Source: an uncultured Desulfatitalea sp. | Lineage (GTDB): Bacteria > Desulfobacterota > Desulfobacteria > Desulfobacterales > Desulfosarcinaceae | DNA: 64,000 bases | Direction: 5' to 3' | Assembly (NCBI GenBank): GCA_963668675.2 | Contig: CAXXMB010000002.1 | Location: 2,144,001-2,208,000, forward strand | Shown: piece after piece, positions 53,403-63,070 of the stretch | Numbering within the stretch: the stretch's first letter is position 1 | Layout: every line of letters starts with the position of its first letter | Translations under genes and position numbers: made by a program | The notes under the pieces: model-generated | Database searches by the model: none | Seen by the model: only the letters and a program-made list of their open reading frames with translations | Told to the model about the DNA's origin: nothing

Positions 53403-53930
53403 TCACGACATTGGCGGTCCGGTTCCCTTGTGTTTCATAATCACTGTCTGAATGGCGATGCCGATGATCGCCAAACCCAAATAGAGCAGCACGCCGACCT
53501 GAGGAGGTTCATTCAAGGCTTGGACAATCAGACCCGCCCCGACAACCGAGGATAAAACGATCAACCCCCAGTCAAACAGCCAGAATAGCACGATCGCGCC
53601 GAAAACCGCCCCGACCAGGTTGACCAACGGCACCATTGGCCAACCCATCATCACACTCAATTGAGCGGTGATCGTGCTACCCACCAACAGGCCGGCCAGG
53701 GCGATGGCGACTTTTTGAAAAAAGATCGCCAGTAAAGCGCCGACGACAGCAGCCAGCAAACCGATCAACAGAAACAGCCAGAAGGGTTGCGGGCCGAAGT
53801 ACTGCTCAGCGGCCTCTATTCCCGACACCATGCCCACCAAGGCGACAAACAGCCAAAACAGTTTACGTCCCAATATAAGAAGGATACATCCAGCAAGCCC
53901 CATCAGCATGATTATCTCCCTGTTCAACAT
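53403..53930 (-). CDS. Multi-pass membrane protein, DUF4203-like
   Basis: Very hydrophobic; G.KLF..F and LSSVVGA patterns. Confidence 0.7.
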   Translation of the reverse strand: MLNREIIMLMGLAGCILLILGRKLFWLFVALVGMVSGIEAAEQYFGPQPFWLFLLIGLLAAVVGALLAIFFQKVAIALAGLLVGSTITAQLSVMMGWPMVPLVNLVGAVFGAIVLFWLFDWGLIVLSSVVGAGLIVQALNEPPQVGVLLYLGLAIIGIAIQTVIMKHKGTGPPMS

Positions 53931-54461
53931 TTAAAAAGATAGGATTATACGTTCATCAGCGACACCGGGGCTCGAATGTTTCGGTCAGCCCACCCATAGT
54001 GGCGGCCTTCGGGGAGCCCCCCCGGTCACCGTAGAGGTTTGTGTGGTACCTGATGCGGATGTTAAATGGCAGTGACCATGGGTTGGTAGCATTCTGATCG
54101 GCCATATCGTAACGTGGAACGCTCAAAGTGAACTTGCACCGCGCAACTCCGAAACCAATTGCATCAGTGACACGAATTGGGAACACGCTACATCTGAGAT
54201 ATGCTTTATCTGTTTGCGATACCACTCTTTGGCAAAGAATTCAAAATCTGTTTGCCAACCATCTAAAAATGCTTAATTTTCAGGTTGTTGTGCAATTGGA
54301 GCATCAAGCGTGAACTCAACCCGCATGCCCTGAACCCGCCGTGTATTATCCACTCATCACCTGTACCCTTCTTCGATGCACTTGAGCGGCGTGACAACCC
54401 CACACCAAAGCCTTACGTTGCACACCGTAAGAAAAACCACTGTCACAGAGGGACTTTCAAA

Positions 54462-55637
54462 ATGGGTTCTGCAGATGCAACATTGCAAATCCGATGGCAC
54501 CAGGCCATCGACGATATCGACCCAGGCGCCTGGGATCGTCTGGCCCAGCCCTTGGAGACCCCCCTGCTCGAGTGGCAGTGGCTGCACATTCTGGAAACAT
54601 CAGGCAGCATCGCTCCCCAAACCGGCTGGCATCCGCGGCATCTCACCGTCTGGAGGGGCAGTCGATTGGTGGGCGCCGCCCCGCTCTACCTCAAAACCCA
54701 CAGCAGCGGTGAGTTCGTCTTCGACCAGTGGTGGGCCCGCTGGGCGGAACAGGAGGGCATCGCCTACTATCCCAAACTGGTGGGCATGAGCCCTGCCACC
54801 CCCTCGGTCGGCTACCGTTTTCTCGTTGAGAACAGCCCCCGTGCACAGTTGATCCAACAGAAGATGTTCGACGCTATCGACCAGTTGTGTCTGCAGAGCA
54901 ACATCTCGGGATGCCATCTGCTCTTCGTCGATCCGGACTGGATGGCAGTGGCCGAGCAGGCCGGCTACACCCTCTGGCAGCACCAGAGTTTTCTGTGGCG
55001 CAACGCCAACTACGACACATTCGACGCCTATCTGCGGCCCTTCAAGTCAACCCAGCGCCGCAACATCCGCCGTGAACGGCGCCGCATGCAGCAGGCGGGC
55101 ATCACCATTCGGCCCCTGACCGGGGATCAAATCCCATCCGATCTGGCCGGCCTTATGCATCGCTACTATCTCAACACCAACGCCCAGTATGGCCCCTGGG
55201 CGGCCAGGTACCTCAATGGCCCCTTTTTCGATGCCGCTTTCGAGCGCTATCGCCATCGGCTGCTGTTGGTCGCCGCCTACCATCCGTCTGCCGGCGACCA
55301 ACCGCTGGCCCTCTCCATACTGCTGCACAAAGGCCGCACTCTAATAGGCCGCTACTGGGGGTGTGCCGTGCCCGTCAAAGACCTTCACTTCAACATGTGC
55401 TTCTACGCCCCCATCGAATGGGCCATCGAGAACGGCATTCGAACCTTCGATCCGGGCGCCGGATCACCCCACAAGATCTATCGCGGCTTCGAAGCCGTGG
55501 CCAACGCCAGCCTGCATCGCTTCTACGAACCGCGACTGAAAAGGATGTTCAATCGATTTATCAACGAAATCAATCGGGCCGAACAGGAGGGCATCGACGC
55601 CCTTAACGAACAGTTGCCGTTTGCAGCCCGCTCTTGA
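54462..55637 (+). CDS. FemAB-like GNAT protein (DUF482-type)
   Basis: YLKTHSSGEFVFD, YYPKL, RRNIRRERR, GRYWG, LHFNMCFY and HK..RGF motifs. Confidence 0.9.
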   Translation: MGSADATLQIRWHQAIDDIDPGAWDRLAQPLETPLLEWQWLHILETSGSIAPQTGWHPRHLTVWRGSRLVGAAPLYLKTHSSGEFVFDQWWARWAEQEGIAYYPKLVGMSPATPSVGYRFLVENSPRAQLIQQKMFDAIDQLCLQSNISGCHLLFVDPDWMAVAEQAGYTLWQHQSFLWRNANYDTFDAYLRPFKSTQRRNIRRERRRMQQAGITIRPLTGDQIPSDLAGLMHRYYLNTNAQYGPWAARYLNGPFFDAAFERYRHRLLLVAAYHPSAGDQPLALSILLHKGRTLIGRYWGCAVPVKDLHFNMCFYAPIEWAIENGIRTFDPGAGSPHKIYRGFEAVANASLHRFYEPRLKRMFNRFINEINRAEQEGIDALNEQLPFAARS

Positions 55638-55639
55638 AT

Positions 55640-55798
55640 TTGATGAACTCGTAAGAAATCCCAAAAGTGCTTTTCCCGTCATTCCGGCGAAGGCCGGGTA
55701 CACAGTGAAGCTTTAGCGTTATCCAGCTTTTTCAATGAGTTCTGGATGCCGGATCAAGTCCGGCATGACGGATAAATGGCTTTTTACGATCTCATCAA
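55640..55798. repeat. MITE-like/REPIN element with terminal inverted repeats
   Basis: TTGATGAACTCGTAAGAA ... TTTTTACGATCTCATCAA enclosing GTCATTCCGGCGAAGGCCGG ... CCGGATCAAGTCCGGCATGAC. Confidence 0.75.
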
Positions 55799-55927
55799 TT
55801 TTTACTACATCGGGTTTTGGTAAGATTTATAAAGGGCGACCAGTCCGGTGGGTGGCCAGCGCCTCGTGAGCATTGAATGTTAGTGCCGCTTTTGAGCGGT
55901 GATGGCGCTGAGAGAGGAAAAAGGGGA

Positions 55928-56245
55928 TTATGGCTCTGGCTCCATGGTCACCTGCAGGGGAAATTCGGCCTCCCTGGCCAACATGATGGCGGCTGCCACC
56001 TTGGTTTCGGCCACATCGCGGTCGTAAACCCCTGCCACACCACTGCCCTGGCGGTGCACACGCCACATCAATTCCGCGGCCGCGTCCCGGCTCTTGTGGA
56101 AGACCACCACCAGAAGCTCCACCACAAACTCACGGGAGGTGTAGTCGTCGTTGTGCAGGATCACCCGGTACATGGGTGGGAGCTGGGTGCGCTCCTGCGT
56201 ATCCTCCTTGACGACCTCGATGATATTCGGCTGTTCGGTGGCCAT
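55928..56245 (-). CDS. clpS: ATP-dependent Clp protease adaptor
   Basis: PPMYRVILHNDDYT, VH..G, DVAETK and FPL motifs. Confidence 0.95.
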   Translation of the reverse strand: MATEQPNIIEVVKEDTQERTQLPPMYRVILHNDDYTSREFVVELLVVVFHKSRDAAAELMWRVHRQGSGVAGVYDRDVAETKVAAAIMLAREAEFPLQVTMEPEP

Positions 56246-56354
56246 CTGTAGCTCCGGGATGATGAATGGGTAAAACAGGAAAAATAAACACATGAAAGGG
56301 AGAATCAAGCCACGGCGTGAGACTGAAGGCACGAGGTGAATGGGTTCGCCGCAC

Positions 56355-57107
56355 TCAACCCTTCAGCCTCTCCACCTCCATTTTTTTCAAATGCGCATGA
56401 ATCTTCTCCATCGCAGAGATAAAAGCCTCTCTCTTTTCACTCGCGTAGGGGTTGTAGCGGTGCATGTCCTCGAAGAGCTGCCAGGTGTCGTTCTTGACCA
56501 CCCCCAGGATATGCAGCAGGCGCTTATAACCCTCGGTGTCGATATCCAGCGGCTCGGCGCCGAACTCGGAGAGAGTCCGGCCGATGAAATGGGTCAGGGA
56601 GAGGGTGATCGCTATCTTGCGGTCGTGCTCGGAAGGGGTGGTCTCGATGATCTGCAGCCCTTTGCCGGCCAGCCAGGATTGGATCTTTTCATATTTTCGG
56701 GGGGCGATGCGCTCGGGGCAGAGCACCATCTTGTGCCCCTGCAGTGAGGTGGCGGCGCTGTCCGGTCCGAACATCGGGTGGGTGGCCAGGATCTCGACCG
56801 TTTCGGGCAGCAGTTGCCGCATCCAGCGGGCCGGATACTCTTTAACCGAGCAGACATCGGCCACCGTTGTGCCGGGCGCCAGCAGGGGCGCAATGCGGGG
56901 CAGTGTTGCCTCCATGGCCGAAATGGGCACGCAGACGATGACGATTTTCTGAGCGCACGCCTCCTCCATGGTGACCAGCCGCCCGCCGGCGTCGGCGATG
57001 TCATCCGCCTTTTCCGTGCTGCGCGTGCATACCACCACATCCATATCGGTGGAGAGATGCTGAACTGTCAGGCGACCGAAGCGCCCATAACCGATCAGAC
57101 CGATCAT
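56355..57107 (-). CDS. tyrA: Prephenate/arogenate dehydrogenase (TyrA family)
   Basis: IGYGRFG, DVCSVK, THPMFGP and EHD motifs. Confidence 0.85.
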   Translation of the reverse strand: MIGLIGYGRFGRLTVQHLSTDMDVVVCTRSTEKADDIADAGGRLVTMEEACAQKIVIVCVPISAMEATLPRIAPLLAPGTTVADVCSVKEYPARWMRQLLPETVEILATHPMFGPDSAATSLQGHKMVLCPERIAPRKYEKIQSWLAGKGLQIIETTPSEHDRKIAITLSLTHFIGRTLSEFGAEPLDIDTEGYKRLLHILGVVKNDTWQLFEDMHRYNPYASEKREAFISAMEKIHAHLKKMEVERLKG

Positions 57108-58258
57108 AACACCCCTTTGATTTTTTCAAATGCGAGCCGAAGGTTCTCTTCACTTATCCCGTAGGAGATTCGAATGTGCCCCGGGCCGTGAAACGCCTCG
57201 CCCGGCACGACGGCCACACCCGCCTCCCGAAGCAGACGCGCGGCCATATCCTCGCTGGTTTCACCATTGCGCAAATGAGGCCGCACGTCCGGGAAGAGAT
57301 AGAAAGCCCCTGCCCCATGGCTGCAAGCGAACAGCTCCCTTGTGAGTTCAAAAGCCAGATCGCGCAGGCGTTGCAGCCTATTGCGCCGCTCGTCAACCAC
57401 GGCCGGATTCATCTCCAACGCGGCCAGGGCGCCGTATTGGGCGAATGTGCACACGTTGCCTGTCAGATGGCTCTGCAGGCGACTCAATGCAGTGACGATG
57501 GGTTTGTCCGCTGCGACATACCCCAGACGAAAACCGGTCATGTTAAACTGTTTGGAAAAACTGCGCACCGTGATCACCTGCCTGGGGTCCGGAGCACTCT
57601 CCAAGGCGCTCCGAAACGGATGGTGGTCGTAGGCAAAGGCATGGTAGGCCTCATCGGCGATCAAGTATATGCCCCGCTCGGCGGCGACCCTTGCGGTTTC
57701 CGCCAGTGCCGCTCGCTCATAGACGGCCCCGGTCGGGTTGTTGGGCGTGTTGACCAGAATCGCACGCGTGCGACCGGTGACCGCCCGGGCAATGCGCTGG
57801 GGATCGAGTTGGAAATCGGCAGTGGTCTCCACCAGAACAGGGTGCCCGCCGGCCAGCTTAACCTGTTCGGTGAAGCTCACCCAGCATGGGCGCGGAATGA
57901 TCACCTCATCGCCCGGATCGCACAACACCTGGAACAGGGAAAAGAGGGCCTGCTTGGCGCCGTTGGTGACCACGATGCTGTTTCCGTCGTATCCGAACGG
58001 TGCGAACGCCTCGGCCAGGCGTGCGCGCAGATCCGGTTCGCCGGGTACGGGCCCGTAGCGCGTGCGCTGCTCTTGCAGGGCCCGCCGGGTTGCCGAAATA
58101 ATAGGCTCCGGCGTGTCGAAATCGGGTTCGCCCACTGCCAGATTGATGATCTCTCGTCCTTGTCGGCGCAGGGTCTGGGTCAGGGTCGAGATATGGGTGG
58201 TCCTCGATTCGCCGATTTTGCCAATCCGGGCAGAGAAGTGGGGCTCTCCGGTCAACAT
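57104..58258 (-). CDS. Class I aspartate aminotransferase-like enzyme
   Basis: VGEPDF, GAKQAL, PNNPTG, DEAY and [14 protein letters not shown] motifs. Confidence 0.9.
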   Translation of the reverse strand: MLTGEPHFSARIGKIGESRTTHISTLTQTLRRQGREIINLAVGEPDFDTPEPIISATRRALQEQRTRYGPVPGEPDLRARLAEAFAPFGYDGNSIVVTNGAKQALFSLFQVLCDPGDEVIIPRPCWVSFTEQVKLAGGHPVLVETTADFQLDPQRIARAVTGRTRAILVNTPNNPTGAVYERAALAETARVAAERGIYLIADEAYHAFAYDHHPFRSALESAPDPRQVITVRSFSKQFNMTGFRLGYVAADKPIVTALSRLQSHLTGNVCTFAQYGALAALEMNPAVVDERRNRLQRLRDLAFELTRELFACSHGAGAFYLFPDVRPHLRNGETSEDMAARLLREAGVAVVPGEAFHGPGHIRISYGISEENLRLAFEKIKGVL

Positions 58259-59352
58259 GGCTGCAAATTCCCGGCGCAACGGGCCGCCTGTCTGAGCATG
58301 CTGTCCATCAGAACCAGGGCCGCCATGGACTCGACGATGGGCACTGCGCGCGGCACCACGCAAGGATCGTGTCTTCCTTTGGCTTCGAGCACGGTCTCCC
58401 GGCCATCGAAATCGACGGTGGGTTGCTCGCGACCGATGGTGGCCGGCGGCTTGAAGGCCACGCGGAACCAGATGGCTTCACCGTTGCTGATGCCGCCCTG
58501 GATACCGCCGCTGTTGTTGGACGTGGTGCCCAGGCGACCCTCTTTTTGCATGAAGGGATCGTTGTGTTGGGAGCCGCGCATGCGGGTGCCGGCAAAACCC
58601 GACCCGATCTCGAACCCCTTTGTGGCGGGGATGGAGAGCATGGCGTGGGCCAGCTGGGCCTCGAGCTTGTCGAAAACCGGTTCGCCCAGACCCACGGGAA
58701 CGTTGCGACAGACGCACGAGACCACGCCGCCCAGAGAGTCCTTGGCGTCCCGGGCCGCCTGGATCGCCGTCATCATCTCCCGGCAGGCCTTGTCGTCGGG
58801 GCAGCGCACATCGTTTCGATCCACCCGTTGGCGGGTGATCGTATCCATATCGATCTCTTCGTAGGCCACATCGGCCACAGCGCTGACCCAGGCAACGATC
58901 TCCACCCCGAAGCGCTCGCCCAGGACCTTCTCGGCAATGGCGCCGGCCGCTACCCGCCCGATCGTTTCCCGGGCGCTCGACCGGCCCCCGCCACTCGAGG
59001 CGCGGATGCCGTACTTCATCTGATAGGTGTAGTCGGCGTGGGAGGGTCGGGGCGTTTTGGACATCTCGGCGTAGTCGCCCGGCCGCTGGTCCCGGTTGGG
59101 CACGAAGAGGGCCACCGGCGTGCCCAGGGTGAGGCCGTTCTCTACGCCGGAGAGGATGGTCACCTGGTCGCTCTCTTGACGATCGGTGGTCATTTTGCTC
59201 TGGCCCGGCCGCCGTCGGTCGAGTTGGGTCTGGATATCGGCCTCGTCCAGTGCCAGGTTGGGTGGGCATCCATCCACCACAGCACCCACCCCCTTGCAGT
59301 GGGATTCGCCATACGTCGTGACCCGAAACAGGGTTCCGAAAGTGCTGGACAT
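58252..59352 (-). CDS. aroC: Chorismate synthase
   Basis: [32 protein letters not shown] and GRHDPCV motifs. Confidence 0.97.
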   Translation of the reverse strand: MSSTFGTLFRVTTYGESHCKGVGAVVDGCPPNLALDEADIQTQLDRRRPGQSKMTTDRQESDQVTILSGVENGLTLGTPVALFVPNRDQRPGDYAEMSKTPRPSHADYTYQMKYGIRASSGGGRSSARETIGRVAAGAIAEKVLGERFGVEIVAWVSAVADVAYEEIDMDTITRQRVDRNDVRCPDDKACREMMTAIQAARDAKDSLGGVVSCVCRNVPVGLGEPVFDKLEAQLAHAMLSIPATKGFEIGSGFAGTRMRGSQHNDPFMQKEGRLGTTSNNSGGIQGGISNGEAIWFRVAFKPPATIGREQPTVDFDGRETVLEAKGRHDPCVVPRAVPIVESMAALVLMDSMLRQAARCAGNLQPC

Positions 59353-59383
59353 GATATTTCCCCTAACATCTTCATAAACGATC

Positions 59384-59457
59384 GTAGGGGCGGGGTTTAT
59401 CCTCGCCCGGACCGAGCACAAAGGGGGTGCCCGGGCGGAGATAAACCCCGCCCCTAG
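59384..59457. repeat. GTAG-type REP pair (REPIN)
   Basis: GTAGGGGCGGGGTTTATCCTCGCCCG ... CGGGCGGAGATAAACCCCGCCCCTAG. Confidence 0.8.
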
Positions 59458-59471
59458 ACGTCATTGGTTAT

Positions 59472-60734
59472 CTATTGATAGAGCGTCTTGAATACTTCCC
59501 AATAGTTTGGAAACGACTTGCCGACGCAGGTTTCATCGGTGATGACCAGCTCCTGCACCTTGAGGCCGGCCACGGCAAAGCACATGGCGATGCGGTGGTC
59601 GTTATAGGTTTCGACCGGTGCGCCGTGGGGCTGGCCGCCCATGATGTGCAGCTCATCTTCGCCGCAGTAGGTCTCGATCCCCATCTTGGCCAGCTCCTGG
59701 GATACAGCGGCCAGCCGGTCGCTCTCTTTGGCTCTCAGGTGGGCCACATTCCGGATCACCGTGGTGCCGCGGGCAAAGGCTGCCACCACCGCCAGGGTCG
59801 GCACCATGTCGGGCATGTCGCCCATGTCGATCTCGATGGCCTGCAGGTCGCCGCCGGTCACGGCCGTACCATCCGGTTCGTGATCCACCCTGCACCCCAT
59901 GCGGCCGAAAACATCGGCCAACCCCACATCCCCCTGGCTGGAGGCCGGTGTGACACCCCCGACTTTGACCGTGGCGCCGGTGATGGCGCCGGCCGCCCAG
60001 AAGTAGCCGGCCTGTGAGCCGTCCGGCTCGACAGCGTGATCGCCGGCCCGGTAGGTCTGGCCACCCGGCACTTCAAAACGGGTGTATCCATCGTGTTTCA
60101 GTTCGATGCCGAAAAGCCTCATGATGTGGATGGTCATATCGAGATAGGGCTGCGAGACCGGTCCGCGGGTGACATCGATGGCCAGTCCCCGCGCCAGGCA
60201 GGGGGCCGTGAGCAGCAGGGCGGAGAGATACTGGCTGCTGGTGCCACAGTCGATGGCGGTCTCTCTTCCGGACGTGCGGCCGCCGGGGATGACGATGGGC
60301 GGGCATCCGGTGCCGTTGACCGAGCGGGCGTCGATGCCGAGCTGTTGCAAGCTGTCGATCAGGGCCTGCATGGGGCGTTCGCACATACGCGGCGAGCCGG
60401 TGAAGAGATAGTCACCCTGCCCCAGGATGCTCAGCCCGCTGAGCAGGCGCATGGAGGTGCCCGAGTTGCCCAGGTCGATTGGATCGGTACAAGGGGCCAG
60501 CTTTCCCTTGGCGCCCTGGACCTCCATGTCGCTTCCCCGGTCCTCGATGCGGATACCCATCTGCTGCAACGCCTTGCGCGTCAGGAGGGTGTCTTCACTG
60601 CGCAGCGGGTTGCTGACATGGCAGCGTCCGTCCGACAGTGCGGCGGCGATGAGCATTCGATGGGTGTAGCTCTTTGAGCCTGGCACCTGCACCGTCACAT
60701 TTGGTTTTATGGGTCTGTTTTCTATTCGAAGCAT
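59472..60734 (-). CDS. aroA: 3-phosphoshikimate 1-carboxyvinyltransferase (EPSP synthase)
   Basis: PGSKS, GNSGTSMR, SSQYLS, KESDR, DHRIAM and KSFP motifs. Confidence 0.97.
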   Translation of the reverse strand: MLRIENRPIKPNVTVQVPGSKSYTHRMLIAAALSDGRCHVSNPLRSEDTLLTRKALQQMGIRIEDRGSDMEVQGAKGKLAPCTDPIDLGNSGTSMRLLSGLSILGQGDYLFTGSPRMCERPMQALIDSLQQLGIDARSVNGTGCPPIVIPGGRTSGRETAIDCGTSSQYLSALLLTAPCLARGLAIDVTRGPVSQPYLDMTIHIMRLFGIELKHDGYTRFEVPGGQTYRAGDHAVEPDGSQAGYFWAAGAITGATVKVGGVTPASSQGDVGLADVFGRMGCRVDHEPDGTAVTGGDLQAIEIDMGDMPDMVPTLAVVAAFARGTTVIRNVAHLRAKESDRLAAVSQELAKMGIETYCGEDELHIMGGQPHGAPVETYNDHRIAMCFAVAGLKVQELVITDETCVGKSFPNYWEVFKTLYQ

Positions 60735-61140
60735 CTATTTCATAGTTTTGGTTTACGTTCTTGGTTTATCTTCCTGGCTCGATTTTATGGCAGGAATCCC
60801 CACGGCCGATGCTACACTTTTTCACTCTGTTTTACGGACGATGGCGACCCTGTCGTCTTCGTGGGAACGGTTCCCCTCTATTATCGTGCCAAACGCTGCA
60901 AAGCAAGGGTTTGTCGTTTTCGATCCGACCGCCAAAGAGCACTTTACATTTCCCTTTTATGTCTGTTAGCATGCGGATCGCCTTAATTTAGTGAACTGGC
61001 TTCATGGCATTGGGGCCGGTGCGCTGTGCCCGGGCAGGCTTATACCGGTCCCCCGTGAGCAAAAATGCGGGGAGCGACCGATGTAAATAAAATTATATAT
61101 AATTACAATAGATTAAAATTTTCAAAGGAGATGGACCCAC

Positions 61141-62949
61141 ATGGCACAAGTGATTACCGACCGTCGTGACATCGATTTCGTTCTCTATGAGCAGCTCGAC
61201 ACCGAGGCCCTGCTCAAGGAGGAGAAGTACAGTGAATTCACCCGCAAGACCCTGGACCTTATTATCAACGAAGCGCGCTTGTTCGCACTTAAAGAGCTCC
61301 TGCCGATATGCGCGGAGGGCGACCGTGAAGGCGTCACCTTCGACAACAACGAGGTGAAGGTGCCGGCCAGCTACCATCGCGCCCATAAGCTTTTCCTGGA
61401 GGGCGAGTGGACCTCATTGACCGAATCGGTGGAGATGGGTGGCCAGGGCCTGCCGCCATCTGTGGCCAGGGCCGTCGCGGAGTATATGATCGGTGCCAAC
61501 TACACCTGTGTCAACTATGCCAACTTCGGCCACGGCACCGGCAAGATGATCGATCTGTTCGGTACCGAGGAGGAGAGAAAGCTCTATGTCAAGAAGCTCT
61601 ACACGGCCGAATGGACCGGCGGCATGCTGTTGACCGAGTCGGATGCCGGGTCGGACGTAGGCGCCCTGACCACCGAAGCGGAAAAGAATGACGACGGCAC
61701 TTACTCGATCACCGGCTCCAAGATCTTCATCACCAACGGCGAGCACGACCTTTCCGAAAACATCATTTCGCCGGTGCTGGCGCGGGTCAAGGGCGCCCCG
61801 GCAGGCACCAAGGGCATCTCGATCTTCATCGTGCCCAAGTTCTGGGTCAACCCCGACGGGTCGCTGGGCGACCGCAACGACATCTACTGCACCGGCATCG
61901 AAGAGAAGATGGGCATCCACGGCAGCGCCTGCTGCACCATGACCATGGGCAGCAAGGGCCAGTGCCGCGGTTTTTTGCTGGGCGAAGAGAACCAGGGCAT
62001 GAAGATCATGTTCCACATGATGAACGAGGCGCGCCTGGGCGTTGGATTCCAGGGCTTTATGCACGGCGCCGTGGCTTACCAGTACGCATTGAATTACGCC
62101 CGCGAACGCATCCAGGGCAAGGACATGACCGCCGGCAAAGACTCGCCGTCGGTGCCGATCATCCGTCATCCGGACGTGCGCCGCATGCTCATGTGGATGA
62201 AGTCTTACGTGGAGGGTCTGCGCAGCTTTATCTATTTCACCGAGAGCCTTTTCGCCAAAGCGGACCTGGCCGGCAGCGACGAAGATAAAACTTACTACAT
62301 GGGGCTCATCGAGCTTTTTACACCCCTGATCAAGGCGTTTTCGGCCCAGCGCGGTTTCGATGTGACCGTGCAGGCCATGCAGGTCTATGGCGGGGCCGGC
62401 TATTGCAAGGAGTACCCGGTCGAGCAACAGTTGCGCGACTGTAAGATCGCCTCGATCTATGAAGGCACCGACGGCATCCAGGCCATGGACCTGCTGGGTC
62501 GCAAGATCGTCATGGATGGCGGCAAGGCCTTCGGCAACTTTCTCAAGGCGCTTCAGGACACCGTCGACGCCGCCAAACAGAAAGAGGAGCTGGCCGGCCT
62601 CGCCGAACAGCTGGAAGCCGCCGCCGGTCGCATGGGCCAAGTGGCCGCGGCCCTGGGCAAGACCGTCATGAGCCCAAATGTGAAGCAGGCCTTTGCCCAC
62701 GCCTTCCCCTTCCTCGAAGTGATGGGCGATGTGATCATGGGCTGGATGCGGCTGTGGCGCGCCAACGTCGCCGTCGATGCGATCGCCAAAGGGGCCAAGT
62801 CCAAAGACGAAGCCTACTACCGCGGACAGATCAAAACCAGCGAATTCTTCATCCAGACGGTGCTGCCCTGCACCCTCGGCAAGATGGCCTCCGTCGAGCA
62901 GATGAGCAACGCGGCGGTCGAGATGGACGAGGCGTGGTTCGGTAACTAG
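61141..62949 (+). CDS. Acyl-CoA dehydrogenase
   Basis: LTESDAGSD, GSKIFIT, EEKMGIHG, MNEARL and IYEGT motifs. Confidence 0.95.
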   Translation: MAQVITDRRDIDFVLYEQLDTEALLKEEKYSEFTRKTLDLIINEARLFALKELLPICAEGDREGVTFDNNEVKVPASYHRAHKLFLEGEWTSLTESVEMGGQGLPPSVARAVAEYMIGANYTCVNYANFGHGTGKMIDLFGTEEERKLYVKKLYTAEWTGGMLLTESDAGSDVGALTTEAEKNDDGTYSITGSKIFITNGEHDLSENIISPVLARVKGAPAGTKGISIFIVPKFWVNPDGSLGDRNDIYCTGIEEKMGIHGSACCTMTMGSKGQCRGFLLGEENQGMKIMFHMMNEARLGVGFQGFMHGAVAYQYALNYARERIQGKDMTAGKDSPSVPIIRHPDVRRMLMWMKSYVEGLRSFIYFTESLFAKADLAGSDEDKTYYMGLIELFTPLIKAFSAQRGFDVTVQAMQVYGGAGYCKEYPVEQQLRDCKIASIYEGTDGIQAMDLLGRKIVMDGGKAFGNFLKALQDTVDAAKQKEELAGLAEQLEAAAGRMGQVAAALGKTVMSPNVKQAFAHAFPFLEVMGDVIMGWMRLWRANVAVDAIAKGAKSKDEAYYRGQIKTSEFFIQTVLPCTLGKMASVEQMSNAAVEMDEAWFGN

Positions 62950-62958
62950 AAATGTTGT

Positions 62959-63001
62959 GTGGGCGGATTGTCACTTGAAGACGATCCGCCCACTTTTTTT
63001 T
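62959..63001 (+). terminator. Intrinsic terminator
   Basis: GTGGGCGGATTGTC-loop-GACGATCCGCCCAC followed by T8. Confidence 0.85.
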
Positions 63002-63070
63002 AACTGTGTTCACACCCCCGTGTGATTGTTTTTTTACTTTTAAATTATAACAGAACCATATGGAGGAACC

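Noticed and set aside
53931..54461. Short ORFs in the long intergenic region
   Set aside because: No recognisable motifs or SD; I cannot support a gene or an RNA here.
57176..58864. 562-aa plus-strand ORF
   Set aside because: Antisense shadow of aroC and the aminotransferase.
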